Source: a virus
Taxonomy: Duplodnaviria > Caudoviricetes
Direction: 5' to 3' (one strand)
DNA: 29,805 bases
IMG/VR virus record: IMGVR_UViG_3300007778_000024
Coordinates: 1-29,805 of that record
Positions 17,916 through 24,916 of the stretch are shown piece after piece. The first letter of the stretch is position 1, and each line of letters opens with the position of its first letter. The notes under the pieces were generated by a model. It had not been told where the DNA came from. It ran no database searches and worked only from the letters and a program-made list of their open reading frames with translations. Made by a program: the position numbers and the translations under genes.

Positions 17916-20441
17916 TTAAAGTTGTTCAGCGGCAAGTGCAAAGTCCATACCGGTGCTTGTGATTGCTGTAGTCAGCTTCACGAACTCGGCAGACTTGGTC
18001 GGCTTGACGAAAATCCAAACGTTCAGCTTGTTTGCGTCAACATCAGCAGGCGTGTTATTCTCCTCAGAACAAATCACGTGGTAGTCGTAAAGACCGCGAC
18101 GCGCCTGAATATTTTCTAAGTACGCACTTATCTGAGACGTGATAGTCGCCCGTGTGATCGGGTCATTGAACTCGAACACGTACTCTTCAAGCAGACGCGC
18201 AACCGCTGGCTGAATCGTGATCAGCAGCATGCGAACGTTGAGTCGATCCAATGCGCTTGGTGACGCTGACAGCGTCTTCTGACCCCATACGAGAATGCCG
18301 CGACCGACTGCGAAGCGAATTGGGTTGATACCCGCATCGTACAGCGCGTCCATTTCTCCGCCGGTGTAGCGACGACGAACGTCAAGAACGTTCAGCATGC
18401 CTCGACGGAAACCGGCGGCTGGATACCAAATTTCACGGTTACCGGCAGTATCAGAAACGATAGCCGCTGCGTACGACTCAGGAGATACGTACAGCATACG
18501 ATCATTGAATTTGTCGTAAACGCGAACGTGTGGTGAATACAAGGCTGCAAAAGACGAGTTGTAGTTAGCATCGAGCTTACGGAACTCGTTGATCTCGTTG
18601 AGGTAGTTGCTAGACGCCTCACGGTCGTAAGGTACTGAAAGCATCGCCACGCAGTCCTTTCGCTTCTCAGCCAGTGCAATCAGCGCCGCTTGGTACGGAA
18701 TCTGCGCAAAACCGCCGTCAAGGAACATGGTCAAGGCGTAAAAATCTTTGTTCTCGAACGGTTCCAGACCACGAATCATATTACCCGTAGTGACTGCACC
18801 GCCGTCATCACCGCCCGCCAGCTTAGCGATACCGTCCTGTACCATCTGCATTTCGCTACCTGCACGTGCGATTGCACGGATGTAGCTAGATGCTTCAAGA
18901 ACAGACTCAATGAACATCGCGCGACCAAAACCGTTCAGACGTGCAGGGTTGAGTGAGACTTCAAACAGCTCTTTCACTTCGCCCTTGTACATAACCTGCA
19001 ACGCAAACGCATCAGGCGTCTTACACAGTGTTTCAACTGGTACGATAACCAACGTGTCGCCTTGGTTCAGTGTGATTGGCAGCGAACCGTTAAAGAGCTT
19101 GCGCTCATCGCCAGACGTACGCAGTGTCAGCACGTCACCGTCCGATACCATCGCTGTGGTTGGTACACCGTTCTGAGACGCCGCTTTGACGTATTTCGCT
19201 ACGCGAACTTTAACGCCCTCTGCCCAGAAACGTGTGACCGCAAAACCACCTGTTGCTGTGCCGGTTACCGCTTCCTGCTCAGCGTAGTTAACAACGCGAA
19301 CGGAAATGTCGTTTGCCCAGTCGCCAGCGTCAGCTGCATGTAGCATGAAGGCGTCGTATTGACCCCAGTTGCTATCCACTTCAAATGTCGAAGCTGGATC
19401 GAAGTAGCCAACGTCCCAGTCTGCAAGGTTTTTGCCTTCAACGAACATTGCAGCATTCGTTACAGACTCAGTGATACCTGTCGACAGTGTGATTTCAGTG
19501 TCAGAAACCACTGCACTTACTTCAAATGGCTCGCCATTGATTGTGATCACGTCGCCCGCATCAACTTGCGCCATAAACGCAGTGTCGATACCGGTGATAG
19601 TCATTGTGCTTGGCGCGTCTGGCTCAACCAGAATTGCACTGCCAGTGCCTGTCAGCGTTACAACAACCGCTTTAGTTGCTGTCAGACCTGCAACGGTTTC
19701 AGCCGCTGCAACCGTCATTTCAACGTTGCTGTCGTCAGTGATTGAAGCAACGGTGTACTCGGTGCCGTTGATCGTAACAACATCACCCGCTGTCAGCTCG
19801 GTCGTAAACGCCGTACCCGTACCTACAACCGTTGTTGACGTGTCAGTTACTGCCAGAGTACCGGTTAGCGTCTCTGTACCTGCAACAGTCATCGCCGCAT
19901 CGGTGATCGCTGTTGTGATCTCTTCAACGACAGTGACTTCTGTATCAGATACAACCGCTGCAACAGTCAGATCCATACCGTCGACGGTCACAACTTGACC
20001 GACGCTCAGCTCAGCTGTAAAGACTGTACCTGTACCTACAAGTGTACTTGTCTTTGCAACAGCACTTGGGTCAGCGTCAGGAACAACGGCACTAACAACA
20101 CCGCGTACCTGATTGTTAGGGTACTCGTGCTCACGAACTGCGCAACCTGCAAAGGCGTACGCTTCACCACCTGCTACATCGTCATTGAGGACGCGCTGTA
20201 CCCAAAGTTTGTTCGACTTCTGCAAGTATGCCAGCGCAGAATAGTATGCAAGGTCGTAGCCGACCTCGATGCGTCCCGCTGGAGTAAATAAGTTTAAAAG
20301 TTGTGTTTCGCTAGTAACTAAAACAGGTTCCAGCGTCCCACGCTTAGCTTGAGGGATTTGAAGCGCAGCATAAACGCCATTTGAGGACGGTACGCGCTGT
20401 GACAGATCAACCTCACTGAATCTTACGTGTGGTGCAGCCAT
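17916..20441 (-). CDS. Tail sheath protein (gp18-like) with repeat insertion
   Basis: 841 aa; PHVRFSEVDLS N-terminus, WYPAAGFRRG, LYDAGINPI, WGQKTL...SALDRLNVRMLL, VFEFND, VKPTKSAEFV. Confidence 0.95.
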   Translation of the reverse strand: MAAPHVRFSEVDLSQRVPSSNGVYAALQIPQAKRGTLEPVLVTSETQLLNLFTPAGRIEVGYDLAYYSALAYLQKSNKLWVQRVLNDDVAGGEAYAFAGCAVREHEYPNNQVRGVVSAVVPDADPSAVAKTSTLVGTGTVFTAELSVGQVVTVDGMDLTVAAVVSDTEVTVVEEITTAITDAAMTVAGTETLTGTLAVTDTSTTVVGTGTAFTTELTAGDVVTINGTEYTVASITDDSNVEMTVAAAETVAGLTATKAVVVTLTGTGSAILVEPDAPSTMTITGIDTAFMAQVDAGDVITINGEPFEVSAVVSDTEITLSTGITESVTNAAMFVEGKNLADWDVGYFDPASTFEVDSNWGQYDAFMLHAADAGDWANDISVRVVNYAEQEAVTGTATGGFAVTRFWAEGVKVRVAKYVKAASQNGVPTTAMVSDGDVLTLRTSGDERKLFNGSLPITLNQGDTLVIVPVETLCKTPDAFALQVMYKGEVKELFEVSLNPARLNGFGRAMFIESVLEASSYIRAIARAGSEMQMVQDGIAKLAGGDDGGAVTTGNMIRGLEPFENKDFYALTMFLDGGFAQIPYQAALIALAEKRKDCVAMLSVPYDREASSNYLNEINEFRKLDANYNSSFAALYSPHVRVYDKFNDRMLYVSPESYAAAIVSDTAGNREIWYPAAGFRRGMLNVLDVRRRYTGGEMDALYDAGINPIRFAVGRGILVWGQKTLSASPSALDRLNVRMLLITIQPAVARLLEEYVFEFNDPITRATITSQISAYLENIQARRGLYDYHVICSEENNTPADVDANKLNVWIFVKPTKSAEFVKLTTAITSTGMDFALAAEQL

Positions 20442-20516
20442 AATGGTGACTCCATTTTATCTGTAAAGTATTCTCAATTCTCAAGCTCAAGACAGCTGTC
20501 ACACATGCAATATCCG

Positions 20517-20681
20517 CTAGTCGACGAGAGTCGCACCGCGCGGTAATGCCCCGAGTTTATTCGGGTTGATATTTTTGATCGTGCCTTTCGGTGCCAGCAC
20601 GATACCTTCACCGCCATAACTCAAATACAGCGGGTGATCTACAGAACTTTTCAACGTTTTGCGTTCAATTTTTACAGTCAT
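20517..20681 (-). CDS. Small hypothetical protein
   Basis: 54 aa from ATG 20681 (MTVKIERK...); the 73-aa version from 20738 overlaps the upstream stop. Start uncertain. Confidence 0.55.
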   Translation of the reverse strand: MTVKIERKTLKSSVDHPLYLSYGGEGIVLAPKGTIKNINPNKLGALPRGATLVD

Positions 20682-20727
20682 TTCAACTTCCCATTCGTCA
20701 CGCGGATTAGTTACCCGCTTCACTTTC

Positions 20728-21411
20728 TCAGTCATCATTAGCCCCGCTTGCGTCGCGGTACGCCTGAATCACTTCAGGGTCATCCAGATTTCGATCCGCA
20801 TGCCCGTCTAGCCACACGTCAAGGTGTGGGTACAAAATCACCGCATCATCTGCCGACAGGTCAATCACTTGGTAACCCTGAACTTTGCAGCTCGCGCCAA
20901 TTGCTTTGTAGTACGAGGACTCAACCTCAATCTGCAAATCGTCCAGTGGTTGCCAATCAAGCCGATAGTCCAGTACACCAACGTCACCACCGAAATCGAT
21001 GCTGATCGTTTTTTCGACGTTCAATGCATACTCACCGCTATAAAGAATTTCAAAGACTTCGAGATCCTTCAGAGAGTCGACGCAATACAAAAAGCTAAAA
21101 TCGAATTCCGCAAAGTAACCACGGTAACGGCTATAGCGATATGCCTCGTGTGAGTTTCCGCGCAGCGTATGGTTAGCGTGGCGCAGAGAACCGTCGGGTC
21201 GTCGTAAAACTGAGCGGTTCCAAAACAACGCAGGTAATTGCGTAGTTGTAATTGAACTAGGCTCGACGTTATCCCAGATGCGCAGAGATCGTACACCTGA
21301 CTCGTAAGACAGACTCGGGTCATACATGACATTAACCGACGGATCTAGGATCTTAATTCGCTGAATCATCGCACCGACAACATGCGCAAGAGTCGTCGTG
21401 ATTTCCGCCAT
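20728..21411 (-). CDS. Putative tail terminator/completion protein
   Basis: 227 aa, start overlapping the upstream stop, just before the sheath gene; LPALFWNRS...AEFDFSFLY pattern. Function inferred from position. Confidence 0.5.
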   Translation of the reverse strand: MAEITTTLAHVVGAMIQRIKILDPSVNVMYDPSLSYESGVRSLRIWDNVEPSSITTTQLPALFWNRSVLRRPDGSLRHANHTLRGNSHEAYRYSRYRGYFAEFDFSFLYCVDSLKDLEVFEILYSGEYALNVEKTISIDFGGDVGVLDYRLDWQPLDDLQIEVESSYYKAIGASCKVQGYQVIDLSADDAVILYPHLDVWLDGHADRNLDDPEVIQAYRDASGANDD

Positions 21412-22091
21412 TACGAGCCTCCGGTGTTGTAAATATCAAAAGGGTCAGTCTCGTGAACCGTCACGGTTACACTGGGATCAGGGGTCGGCTCAGGGGTCGG
21501 TGCTGGATCAGGTTCAGGAGTTGGTACTGGATCAGGTTCAGGAGTCGGATCAGGCTCGGCAACATCGTTCAGAAATTCAGCGTCATTTGTATTTTCCCCA
21601 TCTACAGTAGTAGGCGACTCGCCCCCCAGTAGCGCACTTAATTGCGCATTTTCCTCGACTAATGACGCGTTGTACTGGGCTAGCGGTACAAGACTAACTT
21701 TTGCTAGCAACTCACGTGTCACGCCCAGCGTAATGTGATCAGTCACTTTGAAACGCGTTTTTGCACCGTCGACGCGCGTCACTTCAATCTCGTCGTTGAT
21801 CTGTATATCCCCCAGTGTAAACACTTGGACAAGATCAAACTCACCCCACACATCAGGTGATGTTGTTGAAAACCCCGAGCTAGGGGGAATCAAACGCGTT
21901 GTGAATTGCTCATAGTCGGTCTCAGCTGAACCGGCATGAACGCCGTAGATACCGTCGTACGTCTCGTCGGGTTTAGGTCGGAACACTTGAACGTCGATAC
22001 CAAACAGGCGCAGCAAAATAGGAAGCGTCGTTTTGGTGATCGATGTCTCAATAACACGCTCAATGTTGGCGTAAAGACTGATATTCGACAT
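21411..22091 (-). CDS. Putative head-closure/neck protein with Pro-rich acidic C-terminal tail
   Basis: 226 aa; LFGIDVQVFRP...DIQINDEIEV...RFKV head-closure-like beta pattern; PEPDP repeats near the C-terminus. Confidence 0.5.
   Translation of the reverse strand: MSNISLYANIERVIETSITKTTLPILLRLFGIDVQVFRPKPDETYDGIYGVHAGSAETDYEQFTTRLIPPSSGFSTTSPDVWGEFDLVQVFTLGDIQINDEIEVTRVDGAKTRFKVTDHITLGVTRELLAKVSLVPLAQYNASLVEENAQLSALLGGESPTTVDGENTNDAEFLNDVAEPDPTPEPDPVPTPEPDPAPTPEPTPDPSVTVTVHETDPFDIYNTGGS
21474..21558 (-). repeat. Coding PEPDP/PTPEP tandem repeats
   Basis: Encodes EPDPTPEPDPVPTPEPDPAPTPEPTPDP; GGATCAGGTTCAGGAGT occurs twice on the + strand. Confidence 0.85.
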
Positions 22092-22108
22092 TTTTTTTCA
22101 CCTTAAAA

Positions 22109-24271
22109 TTAAGCGTCTACCAAAGGCACTTCTTCAATACGTCCTTGGAACGGTCGACCGTACTCCGTCGCACCTTTTGAACCGCGAAGGTAGCCGTCTA
22201 CGAAGACATAAAGCTTTTCATCTTGGTAGAAGCAAAGCCCTTCAGGGTAGTACGAGTAAATATTGCGCGACGACGACGTCCATTTACCTAGCTCAACACC
22301 AAAAATCTGACCCGAGCGTGCATCGATGATCCACGGTAGCGTCGAATTTTCGAGCACGGCATAACGCGAATTGGCTTGCGAAAAGCTCACCAAACCAAAG
22401 CGCTGCGCACCAAAGAATTTGTGTAGCAAAGAATCATCTTCAAGATTGATCGACAACCGACTCGACTCTAACCAGTTTTCACCGTCTGGCGGTGATGAGT
22501 AGGCGCTGATTAAGTTGCCGTTTCGCACAACTCGAATAACTGTGCCTTTTGAGAAATGATTCCAGTTTCCGTTTGGATTTGACGCACTTGTGACTCGTGG
22601 CAAAAGGTCAGTGCCTTCTGCCAGCACTTTTGAGCCAGTCTGACGAAAATTGTAGTAAATCCGCCACGTCCAACCTGCGGTATCCTGATTTCGCACCGCA
22701 GAAATCGTGTGCATGCGTCCGTTAGCATCTTCCATCGCTGCAATGACTACACCCATCCTGTCATTGTCAGCTGACGTCGACGTAGCTCGCACTGAAAATG
22801 TGAAATTCAGATAGGGGTCGTCAAAAACAGTTAACGCAGCTGTACCTGAATTTAACGCATACCAAATCGTGTCGCTGACAGGGTCGTAAGTCCAAGACGT
22901 GCGCTCCGTCTCATTTGCAGGCTGCGCATCACCTGAATGAGAGTGGAACGTCCACCCAGAGAACATGTCCTCAAGCGTAACGTCGTTTGTGATTGCACCA
23001 CTCAGCTCTTCGCCCGTCCAAACGACACGGAAGTTGAGAGAACCTTCGTACGGCACCTTCTGCCCTACAATTGTTCCCCCAACAACTTCTGTAATATCCA
23101 TGAGTTCGCTCCAGTCATTCTGGAAAACCCAACGCTCAGGGAAGAATTTACCGTTTTCGACACGTTGCACGTAATACGGGTTTGGAAGCTGCGCAATAAT
23201 ATCGGTCGTCGTTGACGTGTCACCGTCCGATGCTAGTGGTGCACCGAAGTATCGACCAGAATTGCCGGTTGCCACTAACCCTGTCGTCAGATCAAAGAAC
23301 TCGCCGTCGATGCCTGACACAAAATAGCTTGGGTAGCGGGTTGGATCACCGACGTATTGATCTGTATGCGATGCAGTTGGAATGATTACAATCTCGTCGC
23401 CAAGCGCGAAACTCGGATTGATCTCATCTTGCATTTCAATTTTGCCTGCCGAGAACAGGCGTCTAACGCGCTGCGAGACATTTAGATTTCTAACGACGTC
23501 GATCCACAAAGTCTCAGTGTCAAAATTCGTCGAACCGTCTGTCGACTGGGTAAAGAAATTCAGCGTGTAGAGCTTAATCTCATTAAAAATCTGGAAATGC
23601 TCTCGGTAAAAGTCTGCTAGTCGGTAGTTGCTTGCCAACACCCCTGTGACCGCCTCATCAAAAACAGTCTTACCGTTGACCGTGACACGGATAATCGCTT
23701 CTGAGTTGTAGGCAACGTCTTTTACGACGAACTTGAACAACTCCTCGTGACCAACAAAAACTTCTTTATTCTGAATCGACGAATATCCGAACACTTTGAT
23801 CGTTGGAATGTAGACCCTGCCGTTCTGCAACACATCAAGCACGACTTCAAATGGCTCACCGACAAAGCAGTACTCAGGGCACACTGGACGAACAGTGAAG
23901 CTGTCTTTGCCGTAGAACGAAATCGCAGGCGTATACGTCAGCAAATCGTAAGTTGGCTGAAAATCGAAGGTTTCGAGGGTGCCATACAGGGGCAGTTTCA
24001 CGATCTCATAGCGCAAATGACGTTTAATATCGTCATTCATCTCAAGCTGATCGACCGTGGGTAAATTAAAATACGTGCGCAAGTACGGGTACGACGTGTA
24101 CACCCATTGCGTGTGATTATCAGGCGGGTTGTCCGCTTTCTCACCGTCTAAAAACGAAAAGTTTGCAAACCCGTCTTGATCCACTTCAACCACGTTAGGC
24201 GACAAAAATCGAAGGTAAACCGGTCGATTTTTAGGCTCGACATTCGCAATCAAATTCGCAGACTGCTGCAT
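22109..24271 (-). CDS. Putative virion decoration/whisker protein with Ig-like and lectin-like domains
   Basis: About 720 aa from ATG 24271 (GGAGGT RBS); Ig-like motif PLYGTL...LTYTPAISFYGKDSFTV; C-terminal domain paralogous to the fibre-protein insert. Confidence 0.65.
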   Translation of the reverse strand: MQQSANLIANVEPKNRPVYLRFLSPNVVEVDQDGFANFSFLDGEKADNPPDNHTQWVYTSYPYLRTYFNLPTVDQLEMNDDIKRHLRYEIVKLPLYGTLETFDFQPTYDLLTYTPAISFYGKDSFTVRPVCPEYCFVGEPFEVVLDVLQNGRVYIPTIKVFGYSSIQNKEVFVGHEELFKFVVKDVAYNSEAIIRVTVNGKTVFDEAVTGVLASNYRLADFYREHFQIFNEIKLYTLNFFTQSTDGSTNFDTETLWIDVVRNLNVSQRVRRLFSAGKIEMQDEINPSFALGDEIVIIPTASHTDQYVGDPTRYPSYFVSGIDGEFFDLTTGLVATGNSGRYFGAPLASDGDTSTTTDIIAQLPNPYYVQRVENGKFFPERWVFQNDWSELMDITEVVGGTIVGQKVPYEGSLNFRVVWTGEELSGAITNDVTLEDMFSGWTFHSHSGDAQPANETERTSWTYDPVSDTIWYALNSGTAALTVFDDPYLNFTFSVRATSTSADNDRMGVVIAAMEDANGRMHTISAVRNQDTAGWTWRIYYNFRQTGSKVLAEGTDLLPRVTSASNPNGNWNHFSKGTVIRVVRNGNLISAYSSPPDGENWLESSRLSINLEDDSLLHKFFGAQRFGLVSFSQANSRYAVLENSTLPWIIDARSGQIFGVELGKWTSSSRNIYSYYPEGLCFYQDEKLYVFVDGYLRGSKGATEYGRPFQGRIEEVPLVDA

Positions 24272-24293
24272 GATAACCTCCAAACTGGAACAG

Positions 24294-24338
24294 ATATTGC
24301 TCTTAACGTCTTGATTACATTATGCTTTAGAGCAATAT
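24294..24338. repeat. 10-bp inverted repeat (potential 5' leader hairpin)
   Basis: ATATTGCTCT (24294-24303) / AGAGCAATAT (24329-24338). Confidence 0.7.
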
Positions 24339-24352
24339 TTTCAATACGCTGA

Positions 24353-24360
24353 TATTTATA
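24353..24360 (-). promoter_or_regulatory. Candidate T4-type late promoter TATAAATA
   Basis: Exact TATAAATA on the minus strand upstream of the neck-sheath-tube operon; only one instance noticed. Confidence 0.4.
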
Positions 24361-24392
24361 TCGACTAAAGTAATGTTTTTAGGAAGGCTGCG

Positions 24393-24749
24393 CTATGCTG
24401 TTTTTTGAAATAGGGCGATCTGCTGTTGTGGTAGCGAGCCGAACGCACAGTAGCCAACGAACGTTCGCTGTCCGTATTTCAGCTTGGGCATGATTTGGGT
24501 GAACTGATAGACCTCGAAATTCACGATGTCCGGTAATTGTTCACTGTCAACTTCAGCAACCACATGAAGCGTCTGATCACACAAACACACGCCGAGATAA
24601 ACCGCGCCCGACGGGATTTCAGCAAAACCCTCGCTCGGGTTGTCTTTTGATAAGACAATCGGGTAAGCACAAACGCTGTCCTTATACCCCTTACCAACAC
24701 CGGTCTTTTCCGCAGACAGCGTTGGATTAAATGGGATCGAAAATGTCAT
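24393..24749 (-). CDS. Small hypothetical phage protein (probably non-structural accessory gene)
   Basis: 118 aa; GAGG RBS; YP...EIPSGAVYLGV...LHVVAEVD...FEVY...FVG pattern, which I recall in small phage proteins. Confidence 0.7.
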   Translation of the reverse strand: MTFSIPFNPTLSAEKTGVGKGYKDSVCAYPIVLSKDNPSEGFAEIPSGAVYLGVCLCDQTLHVVAEVDSEQLPDIVNFEVYQFTQIMPKLKYGQRTFVGYCAFGSLPQQQIALFQKTA

Positions 24750-24770
24750 GCTTATGCTTACCTCGGGAAT

Positions 24771-24805
24771 AAAAAAAAGCGGACATCGTTCTAAAACGTG
24801 TCCGC
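24771..24805 (-). terminator. Rho-independent terminator
   Basis: GCGGACA-CGTT-TTAG-AACG-A-TGTCCGC followed by T8. Confidence 0.85.
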
Positions 24806-24870
24806 AAAATTACTCAAAATCCAAATCAAGGAATCGTAAATGAAAAGGCTAACCACCTTTGTGCAAGTAC
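24771..24870 (-). ncRNA. Putative ~100-nt small RNA
   Basis: Bounded by a near-consensus promoter and a strong terminator, with no start codon plus RBS noticed on this strand; 5' hairpin AAAGG-UGGUUAG-CCUUU; contains UUUUCAUUUACGAUUCCUUGA. Confidence 0.5.
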
Positions 24871-24876
24871 TCTTTG

Positions 24877-24905
24877 AGTGTATAACATCAATAACCACGC
24901 GTCAA
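24877..24905 (-). promoter_or_regulatory. Sigma70-type promoter
   Basis: TTGACG (24905-24900)-17 bp-TACACT (24882-24877) with an A-rich upstream tract. Confidence 0.65.
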
Positions 24906-24916
24906 TACGCTGATTT

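Noticed and set aside
19432-19998. 188-aa plus-strand ORF
   Set aside because: Mirror of the Thr/Val-rich sheath repeats.
3626-20441. Bacterial T6SS, eCIS or tailocin rather than phage
   Set aside because: No TssJLM, ClpV or Afp15-like ATPase; neck-like genes, a tape measure with chaperone and T4-superfamily-type parts favour a phage. Capsid genes lie outside the window, so this is not fully excluded.
21474-21558. CRISPR-like repeat array
   Set aside because: Short in-frame coding repeats without unique spacers.
1216-22975. Diversity-generating retroelement TR/VR pair between the two lectin-like copies
   Set aside because: Differences involve all bases and many synonymous sites, both copies are coding, and there is no reverse transcriptase in the window; this fits an old duplication.
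24771-24870. Known riboswitch upstream of the 118-aa gene
   Set aside because: I recognised no riboswitch consensus or antiterminator; an Rfam search is needed to exclude it fully.
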